DNA of 63,228 bases from an uncultured Pseudomonadales bacterium (GTDB lineage Bacteria > Patescibacteriota > Microgenomatia > UBA1400 > PJMF01). Location of the stretch: NCBI GenBank assembly GCA_964404025.1, contig CAYOIJ010000005.1, positions 1 through 63,228 of the forward strand, given 5' to 3'. The translations under genes were made by a program, and so were the position numbers. The notes under the pieces were generated by a model. The model was not told the origin of the DNA, searched no databases, and saw nothing but the letters and a program-made list of their open reading frames with translations. Each line of letters opens with the position of its first letter. Position 1 is the first letter of the stretch. Of this stretch, positions 1 to 9,024 are shown piece after piece.

Positions 1-47
1 TCATAGGTTTTTGAGACCTACGCGTCTACCAATTCCGCCATCTCGGC
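1..47 (-). tRNA. tRNA-Leu(CAA), 5' half (truncated by window edge)
   Basis: Reverse complement GCCGAGATGGCGGAATTGGTAGACGCGTAGGTCTCAAAAACCTATGA: D-loop GGAATTGGTAGAC; anticodon stem TAGGT/ACCTA with loop CTCAAAA. Confidence 0.92.
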
Positions 48-139
48 GATGACTTCTTAGTTTAAGCTTGTCTATTTTACCGTAAAAAGACTTGTTTTTG
101 TAAGCAAATTGCGTCATGATATTAAGCACAAAAGGAATA

Positions 140-373
140 ATGGATAGTATTCAAGAATTAGTTCACCTTGCCACTTCGGTCAATAGTATTTGGTCAATAG
201 TGCTAAGAGGTGTGATTTGGCTAGTCATATCTTTAATCATTATTATCAGCATGGATCATCCTAATGCTGACCTAGCTAATAAAAAACTTAAAGCCAATTT
301 GGGATTTTTCTTAATCTTTATGATTCTATCTGGAGGCTTAATTTATTTGCTCTTTGGCTTTAAACAAGGTTGA
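140..373 (+). CDS. Small membrane protein, two TM helices
   Basis: ORF 116..373; AAGGA precedes ATG at 140; two hydrophobic segments. Confidence 0.6.
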   Translation: MDSIQELVHLATSVNSIWSIVLRGVIWLVISLIIIISMDHPNADLANKKLKANLGFFLIFMILSGGLIYLLFGFKQG

Positions 374-385
374 GACAGCTAAAGT

Positions 386-1717
386 CTAGGAAAGACTTTG
401 GGTGCGACGCATTTCCATTCCGTAAAAACGAACTCTGTCCCCTCTAAAGAACAACTCAAAATCTCCTAAGCTACCATTACGATGCTTTGCAATTTTCAAA
501 GTTACAGATTCGCGTAAATCCTCATCTTTTCGATACAAAAACATCACTACATCGGCGTCTTGTTCTATAGAACCAGATTCACGTAAATCTGACAATTGTG
601 GTGATCGCTCTCCCCTTTGCTCTACCGCTCTCGAAAGCTGAGCTAAGGCCAAAACCGGTATTTTGAGCTCACGAGCAATATTCTTTAATCCTTGAGAAAT
701 TTCCCCGACTTCCTGAACCCTATTGTCACGGTTAACTCCATGAGCTAATTGCAGATAATCAACAATTAACATATCTATATTCTGCTCCATCATTAAGCGC
801 CTAGCCTTGGTGCGTATTTCAAAAATGCTAAGACCTGGCGTATCATCAATAAAAAGCTTGGCTTCGGCTAAAACACCCATTGCATCAGACAGACGACCAA
901 AATCCTCCTGATTTAAACGACCAGTTTTGAGCTTCCAAGCATCAATGTCTGCCTGGCTAGTTAGTAAACGATCAACTAGTTCTTCACGACTCATTTCCAA
1001 AGAGAAAAAGCCCACTTTTTTCTTAGCGACTACCGTTAAATATTGAGCAATATTAACAGCCATAGCAGTTTTACCAGTACCCGGTCTAGCAGCTAAAATA
1101 ATTAGGTTAGATTTTTGAAAGCCAGCTAACATTCTATCTAATTCAGCAAATCCAGAAGGCATGCCTCGTAGCTCTCCTCCACTCTTTTGCAACTCATCCA
1201 AACGATCAAAACTTTCAACTAAAGTGTGTTTGACTGGTAAGAAATCCTTACGCGCGTGAGTTTGAGAGATCTCCATCACTGATTTTTCGGCAGTATCTAA
1301 GATCTGGCCAACTTCTTTAGCATCATCAAAAGCTAAATTAGCCACATCATTGGACAGAGCAATTAATTCTCGTTTAACATATTTTTCTCTCACAACATCA
1401 GCGTAGTTTTTTACATTAGCACTAGTTGACAGTAAGTTAGATAATCTACTAATACCAGACACGCCACCAGCCTGGCTAAGTTTTTTGTGCTTTTTCAATT
1501 GATTTTTCAGAGTAATAACATCAATTGGTTGGCGATTATCATATAAATCAAGCATTGCTTGATATATGGCTCGATTAGCTGCACTATAAAAAGATTTAGC
1601 TATTAAAATTTCTGAAACTCGCAAAATTGCATCTTTATCAATTAAAATTGCTGCCAAAACTGATTCTTCAGCCTGTAAATCATGGGGTGGTGTTTTAGGG
1701 TCAATTTTATTGGCCAT
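386..1717 (-). CDS. dnaB: Replicative DNA helicase DnaB
   Basis: PPHDLQAEESVL N-terminus, Walker A ARPGTGKT, VDYLQL, SDLRESGSIEQDAD, KHRNG; no intein. Confidence 0.98.
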   Translation of the reverse strand: MANKIDPKTPPHDLQAEESVLAAILIDKDAILRVSEILIAKSFYSAANRAIYQAMLDLYDNRQPIDVITLKNQLKKHKKLSQAGGVSGISRLSNLLSTSANVKNYADVVREKYVKRELIALSNDVANLAFDDAKEVGQILDTAEKSVMEISQTHARKDFLPVKHTLVESFDRLDELQKSGGELRGMPSGFAELDRMLAGFQKSNLIILAARPGTGKTAMAVNIAQYLTVVAKKKVGFFSLEMSREELVDRLLTSQADIDAWKLKTGRLNQEDFGRLSDAMGVLAEAKLFIDDTPGLSIFEIRTKARRLMMEQNIDMLIVDYLQLAHGVNRDNRVQEVGEISQGLKNIARELKIPVLALAQLSRAVEQRGERSPQLSDLRESGSIEQDADVVMFLYRKDEDLRESVTLKIAKHRNGSLGDFELFFRGDRVRFYGMEMRRTQSLS

Positions 1718-1718
1718 A

Positions 1719-2378
1719 TTAACTACGAGACAAAACTACTAATTGCATTTCATCTGGCAAACGATCTTTTTCGACATTTAACTTTTCTTCAGCTTCAGCA
1801 GTGTTTCCATAGACCTGAAAAAAATCTTCAATTTTTTTCAGAGGAGCATCTTTGGGATAAGCAGCATCTGCATAATGCATAGGAATTAGATAACTGGGAC
1901 TAATAGCTTGAGCTAATTTTACTGCTTCTTCACCCATAATTGAGCTGGGACCACCAACAGGCAAAAACAAAACATCAATTGCCGAGATGTTTTTCAACTG
2001 CTCATCACTTAAGGGATGAGCTAAGTCACCTAAATGGCAAACAGTGATTCCATCAATTAAAATTGTAAAAATTAGGTTACTGCCCCGCTCTTTCCCACCC
2101 TGTTTATCATGGAAGGTCTTTGTACCAAAAACACTTACTCCACCGACCTCATATTCTCCAGGAAAATCTATAATAAAGGGTTTTTTGCGATTAGCTGAAG
2201 CCTTAATTTTTTCAATAGCATTATGGCCTCGGTGTTGATGAGAAACTGTTACTAAATCAGCAGTTAATTTAGGCATACTAATGCCATAAACCCCCTCTTC
2301 ACTGTAGGGATCGGTGACCACCGTGCCGCTCTTACCTTTTAACCTAAAACAAGAATGTCCATGATAAGTAATTTGCAT
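1719..2378 (-). CDS. MBL-fold Zn-dependent hydrolase
   Basis: ITYHGHSCF, TDPY, VSHQHRGHN, HLGDL, IPMHY. Confidence 0.88.
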   Translation of the reverse strand: MQITYHGHSCFRLKGKSGTVVTDPYSEEGVYGISMPKLTADLVTVSHQHRGHNAIEKIKASANRKKPFIIDFPGEYEVGGVSVFGTKTFHDKQGGKERGSNLIFTILIDGITVCHLGDLAHPLSDEQLKNISAIDVLFLPVGGPSSIMGEEAVKLAQAISPSYLIPMHYADAAYPKDAPLKKIEDFFQVYGNTAEAEEKLNVEKDRLPDEMQLVVLSRS

Positions 2379-2451
2379 ATTCGCATGTTACCGTTAAAGT
2401 TGACATTTTACAAGATTTAACATAGGATGACTCTTCAATTATAATAGTGTT

Positions 2452-2970
2452 ATGCGAAAAGAAGTTCTTTTAGCAGTTGTTATAGGCATGAGCCTAGGTC
2501 TTTTAATCACTTTTGGAGTTTATCAGAGTCGTCGTAGCCTGAGTGATGCTCAAAAAGACCAAGTTCAAGACGTCCTCAAAAATCCAGTTTTAGATGAAGA
2601 AGAAGATAGTGGCCAATTAGCTGTTACTTCTCCGGAAAACAACTTGATTACCGACACTCAGCGACTGATAGTTAGTGGCAACACCCAAGCTAATAATTTT
2701 GTAATTATTTTTGTTAATAATCAAGAAACCATCAGTAATGCTGATGAGTCTGGCAATTTTTCAAAAAAAGTTAGACTAGACCAAGGAGCTAATGTTTTGG
2801 TGATTTATAGTATTAATCAGGATGGTTTAGTTAATCAAGCTACTCGCACAGTTATTGTGGATGCTGATTTTTTAAATGAAGACTTTAGTAAAAACAGTGA
2901 AACAAATGAGGAAGAGGTCGAAGAAGAAATGGAAAAAGCAGAAGAAACAGAGAAAGTAGATAAAAATTAA
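2452..2970 (+). CDS. Membrane-anchored protein with Ig-like domain and acidic tail
   Basis: N-terminal TM; beta-rich VSGNT...ADESGNFS...LDQGANVL segment. Confidence 0.65.
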   Translation: MRKEVLLAVVIGMSLGLLITFGVYQSRRSLSDAQKDQVQDVLKNPVLDEEEDSGQLAVTSPENNLITDTQRLIVSGNTQANNFVIIFVNNQETISNADESGNFSKKVRLDQGANVLVIYSINQDGLVNQATRTVIVDADFLNEDFSKNSETNEEEVEEEMEKAEETEKVDKN

Positions 2971-3672
2971 ATGTCAAAATTAAATAAAAATAAGTTTTTT
3001 AAATCTCAAGCTTTTTACTTGGCAACTGGCTTGATAGTCATAATTTCATTATTTTTCACTATACCAATGATCAATGCCCAAACCGAATCAGAAGCTAGCG
3101 AAGAATCAACCATCTCTAACATCAAAAAAGTCATCCAAGACAAACAGCTTGAACTGGGTCAAGGCAATCAACAATCCGCACAGCTTAAACAAGCCTATCT
3201 TGCTCAAGTCAAAAGAGTAAGCGCAGAAACTCTCACTGTTCTTAACAACCAAACTAACATTGTAGTTCCTCTAAGTGAAAATTTAGAAATTCTTAAAGAA
3301 GATGAACAAATAGAAGTTGATGAAATTGCGGTTGATGATTGGATAATTGTTTACAGCGTGGTTGAAGAAGACCTTTGTATTCCCAAAAGAATTTTATTAA
3401 CAGAAAAAAACTTTACTCAAGAAGACCGCAAGATAATGATTGGTACTATCACCGAACTCTACTCTAGTAACTTACTATTTGACTCTCGAACTGGAGAAAG
3501 TGATTTAAATTTTTTATTAAATAAAAACACTCAATATTTTGATGACAGCGGAGATGAGATAAGCCTAAGGGATCTCTACTCTGACCTCCAGTGTCTAATT
3601 ATCGCTACTGCTAAAAAAGACGGTCAATGGCTGGTCAGTAGCCTTAAAGCCTTGGTCAATTTAGTTAATTAG
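2971..3672 (+). CDS. Membrane-anchored hypothetical protein (beta-rich, DUF5666-like)
   Basis: TAA-ATG abutting the previous gene; N-terminal TM; two beta-rich modules. Confidence 0.55.
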   Translation: MSKLNKNKFFKSQAFYLATGLIVIISLFFTIPMINAQTESEASEESTISNIKKVIQDKQLELGQGNQQSAQLKQAYLAQVKRVSAETLTVLNNQTNIVVPLSENLEILKEDEQIEVDEIAVDDWIIVYSVVEEDLCIPKRILLTEKNFTQEDRKIMIGTITELYSSNLLFDSRTGESDLNFLLNKNTQYFDDSGDEISLRDLYSDLQCLIIATAKKDGQWLVSSLKALVNLVN

Positions 3673-3746
3673 TGGACCTGAGGGAAATCGAATCCCTGAC
3701 CTCTGCAATGCGAATGCAGCGCTCTAGCCAACTGAGCTACAGGCCC
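3673..3746 (-). tRNA. tRNA-Ala(CGC), CCA not encoded
   Basis: GGGCCTGTAGCTCAGTTGGCTAGAGCGCTGCATTCGCATTGCAGAGGTCAGGGATTCGATTTCCCTCAGGTCCA; anticodon CGC; G3:U70 alanine identity pair. Confidence 0.96.
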
Positions 3747-3808
3747 GTTTTTTTATTAAAAAATTAAACTCAAAAGCTTAATCCAAGCAAATTATAACAA
3801 ATAATTGT

Positions 3809-3837
3809 TTGACTAATGCGCCTAAAAAACATATAAT
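3809..3837 (+). promoter_or_regulatory. Sigma70 promoter for the His leader/hisS transcript
   Basis: TTGACT (3809-3814), 17-nt spacer, TATAAT (3832-3837). Confidence 0.8.
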
Positions 3838-3846
3838 ATTCCCCTG

Positions 3847-3897
3847 ATGCAAAAATTAATTGCTCAAATTCTAGCGGTTCATCATCACCACTCGTAA
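3847..3897 (+). CDS. His leader peptide MQKLIAQILAVHHHHS (16 aa)
   Basis: ATG CAA AAA TTA ATT GCT CAA ATT CTA GCG GTT CAT CAT CAC CAC TCG TAA; four consecutive His codons upstream of hisS. Confidence 0.85.
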   Translation: MQKLIAQILAVHHHHS

Positions 3898-3964
3898 GAG
3901 GGGATGTTTTGTATTGCTTAAATGAGCAAATAATAATTAATCCCCTGACAACGGGGATTTTTTT
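3883..3964 (+). promoter_or_regulatory. Transcription attenuator with 1:2, 2:3 and 3:4 hairpins
   Basis: 1:2 CATC-A-CC-A-CTC/GAG-GG-GATG (3883-3906); 2:3 AGGGGAT (3899-3905)/ATCCCCT (3940-3946); terminator AATCCCC/GGGGATT (3939-3959) with T-run to 3964. Confidence 0.82.
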
Positions 3965-3993
3965 GTACAATAAATTATAAATAAAAGGATAAT

Positions 3994-5244
3994 ATGAAAA
4001 AAAATAATCAACTACAAACACTTAAGGGCTTTCGTGACTTTTTACCTGCGGAAGCTGATTTACGAGAACAAGTGCGCTCTATCATTCAAAATAGTTTTAG
4101 GCGTTTTGCTTTTGTGCCTTTTGAAACCCCTACCCTAGAGTATGCCAGCCTATTGCTGGGTAAATATGGTGAGGAAGCAAACAAATTACTATATACTTTT
4201 ACTGATCGAGGTGGTCGACAACTCGGTTTGCGCTATGATCAAACAGTGCCTACAGCCAGAGTATTAGCCAACTATCAAAATGAATTGCCCAAATTTTTGC
4301 GTCGCTATCAAATTCAAACCGTCTTTCGAGCAGATAAGCCTCAGCGTGGCCGTTATCGAGAATTTATGCAATGTGATGCTGATATTTTTGGCAGTCGCTC
4401 TACTCTAGCTGACGCAGAAATCCTAGCCCTTTTCTATGATATTTTTAAAAGCTTAGGTCTGACTGAGATTCAAATTGAATACAATGATCGACAGCTTTTA
4501 GTTGATAGTTTTAGCGACTTGGCTAATGATCAAATTTCAGTTTTATCTATTATTCAAAGCATCGATAAACTGGATAAATTAACACCCGAAAAAGTTGCTA
4601 ATGAACTCATGACTAAGGGTCTTGATCAAGAAGAAGTTGATAGTATTTTTGTTAGATTAGCAAATATTGATAAATCAGATAATTTAAAAGAAATTGAACA
4701 AAAAACTATAGAACTCGGAGTACCTCAAAATGCTCTAGTTTTTAACCCAAAAATAGCTCGTGGTTTAGACTACTATACTGGTTTAATTTTTGAAGGAAAA
4801 ATTACTAAATATAGCAGTGGCAGTTTGGGAGCGGGTGGTCGCTATGACAATTTAATTGGAGAACTAGCAGGCTTAGACACCCCAGCCGTGGGTTTTGGTT
4901 TAGGTTTTGATCGTATTGTTGAGATCATTAAAGAAAAAGCTCAGTTGAAACCCAGCCCTAGCGCTCAAGTTTTGATCAGTATTTTCGACGATCCTCTTTG
5001 TCAAAAAAAGGCCCTAAGATTAAGCAGTAAACTAAGATCAAGCGACATCAGCAGCGAAATTTATCTAGAAAAAGACAAAATTGCTAAACAATTTAAGTTA
5101 GCAGAAGATAAAAACATTCCCTGGGTAGTAATCATTGGCAGTGAAGAAGTAGAAAAAAACTACTTCAGCCTAAAAAATTTGAGCACAGGCCAACAAAAAA
5201 AACTTGACTTACAAGAACTAATTAAAACAATTCAAGCCAAGTAA
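3994..5244 (+). CDS. hisS: Histidyl-tRNA synthetase
   Basis: LKGFRDFLP, LRYDQTVP, GRYREFMQCDADI, ARGLDYYTG, GGRYDNL. Confidence 0.98.
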   Translation: MKKNNQLQTLKGFRDFLPAEADLREQVRSIIQNSFRRFAFVPFETPTLEYASLLLGKYGEEANKLLYTFTDRGGRQLGLRYDQTVPTARVLANYQNELPKFLRRYQIQTVFRADKPQRGRYREFMQCDADIFGSRSTLADAEILALFYDIFKSLGLTEIQIEYNDRQLLVDSFSDLANDQISVLSIIQSIDKLDKLTPEKVANELMTKGLDQEEVDSIFVRLANIDKSDNLKEIEQKTIELGVPQNALVFNPKIARGLDYYTGLIFEGKITKYSSGSLGAGGRYDNLIGELAGLDTPAVGFGLGFDRIVEIIKEKAQLKPSPSAQVLISIFDDPLCQKKALRLSSKLRSSDISSEIYLEKDKIAKQFKLAEDKNIPWVVIIGSEEVEKNYFSLKNLSTGQQKKLDLQELIKTIQAK

Positions 5245-5299
5245 AAAAATAAATCCACTGTTTGGGGATGAATTTTTTATGTTATAATCACTGTTCGTT

Positions 5300-5728
5300 A
5301 TGAAACAAAATATACATCCAGACTGGCATCACGATTGCGTAGTAACTTGTAGCTGTGGTAATAGCTTTGTTACTGGAGCAATGAGCAAAACCTTAAGTGT
5401 AGATATTTGCAATGCTTGTCACCCATTTTTTACTGGTGAAATGAGATTTGTTGACCGCCAAGGCCGAGTTGATAAATTTATTAAAAAACGAGCCACTGCT
5501 GAAGCTCTTGCTAAAGCTAAAAAAAGTGCCAAAAAAGCTACTCAAAAAACAACTGCTCCTGTTAAATCTTACAAACAAATTCTACAAGAACAACAACAAG
5601 CTATCAAAAACTTGAAAAAATCAACAATTGTTAATGAAAAAGAGGCTAACAACGATAAAAAAGCAGTTGTCACCGACACAAAAACTGCAAAAACCGATAG
5701 GCCTAAAGTCGCTAGCAAAAAAAGCTAG
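5300..5728 (+). CDS. rpmE: 50S ribosomal protein L31 with Lys/Ala-rich C-terminal extension
   Basis: MKQNIHP, CSCG...CNACHPFFTG, GRVDKF. Confidence 0.95.
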   Translation: MKQNIHPDWHHDCVVTCSCGNSFVTGAMSKTLSVDICNACHPFFTGEMRFVDRQGRVDKFIKKRATAEALAKAKKSAKKATQKTTAPVKSYKQILQEQQQAIKNLKKSTIVNEKEANNDKKAVVTDTKTAKTDRPKVASKKS

Positions 5729-5803
5729 CTCTCCCCTTTTTGATTTAAATAAAAGCCCTTCTTCAAGAAGGCTATTATTGGGTATAATGAATAACAAACA
5801 GCT

Positions 5804-6808
5804 ATGACAAAACAACTAAATCCATACAGCGCTGCCATTGAACGCTGTAAGGAACAATTAAAAAATAATCAGAACTTACTCACTGACCCAAATTTTGCTG
5901 ATCCCAAAATGCAAAAGCTCGTTCAAGAAGAAATCAGTCAACTAGAAACAGAACTAAAAACTCTTGAATCAGCCGCAACAGCGCTACAAGAAGATCAAGA
6001 GCCTCAAGCAAATGATTCGACTCAAGAGATTCAAAAATCTAACGCTATTATAGAAATTCGTGCTGGAGCTGGTGGCGATGAAGCTAAGATATGGGCTAGT
6101 GAGCTAATGCGCATGTATCAAAAATTTTGTTTCAACCATAACTTAAAAATTGAACTCGTTGACGACTTGGTGTTTAAAGTTAAGGGTAACGCTCAGTTGC
6201 CAGTTTTTCAGCTAGTAAAAGAAGATAAAACTGAAGAATTGCTTGCAACTGAAAAAACAGAGCAACTGAGTGCGTTTAATTTACTGCGCTTTGAGGCTGG
6301 AGTGCACCGGGTACAACGTGTCCCCAGCACCGAGTCTCAAGGCCGTTTACATACTTCTACTGCTTCAGTGGCTGTTTTACCAGAAATCCACGCCAAAGCC
6401 ATTGAGATTAGAGATGAAGACTTAGAATTACAATTTATGCGAGCTAGTGGTGCTGGTGGCCAATCAGTTAATAAAACTAGTTCAGCGGTTCGTCTAACTC
6501 ATATTCCCAGCGGGATAGTAGTAGTTGCCAGAAGTGAGCGTAAACAAGTGCAAAATCGCCAGATTGCCCTAGAGCTACTTAGAGCTAAATTGTGGGAAAT
6601 TGAAGAAGAAAAAAAAGAGGCAGCTCTTGGCTCTGCTCGAGAAAGCATTGGTCGCAGCATGCGCGCTGAAAAAATCAAAACTTATAATTTCCCTCAAAAT
6701 CGAGTCACCGACCATCGTATTAAACAATCCTGGCATAATTTAACTGAAATTCTAGATGGTAAGCTTGAAACTGTCATTGCCGGATTTAGAGCTTATTTAA
6801 AACAATAA
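5804..6808 (+). CDS. prfA: Peptide chain release factor 1
   Basis: EIRAGAGGDEA, GVHRVQRVPSTE (PxT), GGQ, KTYNFPQNRVTDHRI. Confidence 0.95.
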   Translation: MTKQLNPYSAAIERCKEQLKNNQNLLTDPNFADPKMQKLVQEEISQLETELKTLESAATALQEDQEPQANDSTQEIQKSNAIIEIRAGAGGDEAKIWASELMRMYQKFCFNHNLKIELVDDLVFKVKGNAQLPVFQLVKEDKTEELLATEKTEQLSAFNLLRFEAGVHRVQRVPSTESQGRLHTSTASVAVLPEIHAKAIEIRDEDLELQFMRASGAGGQSVNKTSSAVRLTHIPSGIVVVARSERKQVQNRQIALELLRAKLWEIEEEKKEAALGSARESIGRSMRAEKIKTYNFPQNRVTDHRIKQSWHNLTEILDGKLETVIAGFRAYLKQ

Positions 6809-6813
6809 ATATT

Positions 6814-8160
6814 TTAAAACTCCTCAGCCGCTCTTTGTAAAACCTCATCCTCTTCTGTTTCGTAGTCTTGTTCGACTTCAATATCAACAGCTAAGCCGTC
6901 ATCATTAATCCAATTGCCAGCTGGAGTTAACCAGCGGCCAACAGTAACATGTAAACCACCACCATTACTCAGTTCTCGTCTATCTTGAACAGTACCTTTA
7001 CCAAAAGTTTGCTCACCAATCAATTTCATAGCCAGATCATCACGCAAGGCTGCAGCTACAATTTCACTAGAACTAGCGCTACCTTTATTGACCAAAACCA
7101 CCGTGGGCACTTGTGCTAGTCTTGCCTTACCAGTAGTCGCAAAATCTCTTTGATTATATTTAGTTTTTTGTGAAACAATTACGCCCTTTTGAATAAAATC
7201 ACTAGCTATTTTTATAGAAATATCAAAATAACCACCGGGGTTGTTGCGCAAATCCAGAACTACACCAGCTATTTCTTGATTATTCCATTTACCTAAAATA
7301 GATTGCACCGCTCTATCCCACTCCTCTAGAGTACGATCGCCAAAACGGCTCAATTTAAGATGAGCTAGGGCCTTACCCTCAAACTCTGTAAACTCCAAGG
7401 TAACACTTTCGACAATAATCTCATCACGAATAATCTCCAGTTCACGACTATCATTATCTCCTGGTTGATAAATAGTTAAAGTAACCGGAGATCCTTTCGG
7501 ACCACGAATATTTTTGACAGCTTTATCTAGAGTCCAAGTATTTGTTTCTTCATCCAAGCCGTTTGCTTCGTCCTTCACTCGCAAAATCATGTCTCCAGCC
7601 TTAATGCCAGCTTTCTCAGCTGGACTACCAGCCAAAGGAGCAATCACTCCCACTACACCCTCAATATAACCAAGCTCAATCCCTACTCCATAAAAACTAC
7701 CAGCTAAATCTTCACCAGCTTTTTCATTATCTTCTGGAGGCAAATAGGCTGTATAAGGATCTTCCAAGCCCCAAACCATACCAGAAATAGCTCCATCCAT
7801 CATTTTAGAATAATCAATCTTGCTTGAATCTAAATAATCGCGCTCAACAATTTGCCAAACTTCCCAAAATATATCCATTGATACAGGAGCTTGTTGAGAA
7901 TTTTGCATTAATCTAGATAAATCCTCACTTCTCTGAGTCTGAGCTAATTGATCTAAAAAACTAAATTTCAAACCAAAGGGCAAATTGCCAATGGCGTAGC
8001 GATAACCGATAATCACTCCCAATATTAAAATTAAGAAAGTAACAGCTAGATTAGTTAAAAACTTTAGTGGAGATTTTTTTTGCTTAAACATATTATTCTC
8101 TGTATGATGGTCCAATTCTTCTAAGACTTGATAATTATTCATGGGTGACTGACAAATCAT
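6814..8160 (-). CDS. ctpA: S41 C-terminal processing protease with PDZ domain
   Basis: DPYT, PDZ GVGIE, DLRNNPGG, SASSSEI, TFGKGTVQ; start may be 8142. Confidence 0.92.
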   Translation of the reverse strand: MICQSPMNNYQVLEELDHHTENNMFKQKKSPLKFLTNLAVTFLILILGVIIGYRYAIGNLPFGLKFSFLDQLAQTQRSEDLSRLMQNSQQAPVSMDIFWEVWQIVERDYLDSSKIDYSKMMDGAISGMVWGLEDPYTAYLPPEDNEKAGEDLAGSFYGVGIELGYIEGVVGVIAPLAGSPAEKAGIKAGDMILRVKDEANGLDEETNTWTLDKAVKNIRGPKGSPVTLTIYQPGDNDSRELEIIRDEIIVESVTLEFTEFEGKALAHLKLSRFGDRTLEEWDRAVQSILGKWNNQEIAGVVLDLRNNPGGYFDISIKIASDFIQKGVIVSQKTKYNQRDFATTGKARLAQVPTVVLVNKGSASSSEIVAAALRDDLAMKLIGEQTFGKGTVQDRRELSNGGGLHVTVGRWLTPAGNWINDDGLAVDIEVEQDYETEEDEVLQRAAEEF

Positions 8161-8177
8161 TGTAAAACGAAGCTAAT

Positions 8178-8205
8178 AAAAAAGCTAGTAAAAAACTAGC
8201 TTTTT
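8178..8205 (-). terminator. Intrinsic terminator of rpsF-ssb-rpsR
   Basis: Inverted repeat AAAAAGCTAGT...ACTAGCTTTTT. Confidence 0.7.
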
Positions 8206-8224
8206 AAATTATATTAATAAAGCA

Positions 8225-8401
8225 TTATAGCGTTTGAGTAAATGGCAAAAGAGCTAAGTGACGAGCTCTTTTGATTGCTCTAGTTAACTTTTTTTGCTCT
8301 TTGGCGCTCAAACCAGTTTTGGCACGAGGTAAAATCGAACCAAAAGGGGTAATGAATTTTCGAAGCGATTCAGGTTTTTTATAAGTAAATTGTTGATTCA
8401 T
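8225..8401 (-). CDS. rpsR: 30S ribosomal protein S18 (58 aa, absent from ORF track)
   Basis: Hand translation [58 protein letters not shown]; canonical rpsF-ssb-rpsR order. Confidence 0.95.
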   Translation of the reverse strand: MNQQFTYKKPESLRKFITPFGSILPRAKTGLSAKEQKKLTRAIKRARHLALLPFTQTL

Positions 8402-8424
8402 AAGAAACTTTCGTTTTAATTGCC

Positions 8425-8943
8425 TTAAAAAGGAATATCATCACTGACATCCTCTACTTCTTCAGCCTCTGCTTCAGAACCACTATCGTCTTCTGCCGAT
8501 TCATCTTTATCTTGTTTTTTGCCTTTAGCTTTTTTGCTTTTTTTATCATCACCATCCTCTTCACCCTCACCAGCTTCATCTTCTTCGCTGGGACTGTAAC
8601 CACCTCGACTGTTAAGCAACATCATGTTATCAATGATGATTTCAGTAATTCGACGTTCGGCACCATCATCGGTTTCCCAATCACGAGTCTGAATTCTTCC
8701 TTCTACATAAGTTTTGTCACCTTTGTGTAACAATTGCCCACAAATTTCTGCCAATTTACCCCAAGCAACTATATTATGGAAATCTACTCGTTCTTGTTTC
8801 TCTCCACTATCTGAATTGGTCCAAGATCGATTGGTGGCCAAACCAAAAGAACAGACGGCTGCTCCATTAGGAGTAAACCTTAGATTGGGATCTCTGGTGA
8901 GATTACCAATTAGCATGACTTTATTAAGAGATCTTACTGACAT
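8425..8943 (-). CDS. ssb: Single-stranded DNA-binding protein
   Basis: [28 protein letters not shown], acidic DDIPF tail. Confidence 0.98.
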   Translation of the reverse strand: MSVRSLNKVMLIGNLTRDPNLRFTPNGAAVCSFGLATNRSWTNSDSGEKQERVDFHNIVAWGKLAEICGQLLHKGDKTYVEGRIQTRDWETDDGAERRITEIIIDNMMLLNSRGGYSPSEEDEAGEGEEDGDDKKSKKAKGKKQDKDESAEDDSGSEAEAEEVEDVSDDIPF

Positions 8944-9024
8944 TTTTTCCTTTCTCTGTAACAGAGTTGTTTTTGTTTAACTTCATCTTATTATTAATAT
9001 TTAATTGACAAAATCCGTAACATT

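Noticed and set aside
386-1717. Possible intein in DnaB
   Set aside because: 443 aa is normal length, with no insertion or splice motifs
3770-4021. 83-aa minus-strand ORF
   Set aside because: Antisense shadow over the promoter/attenuator and the hisS start; the + strand explains the sequence
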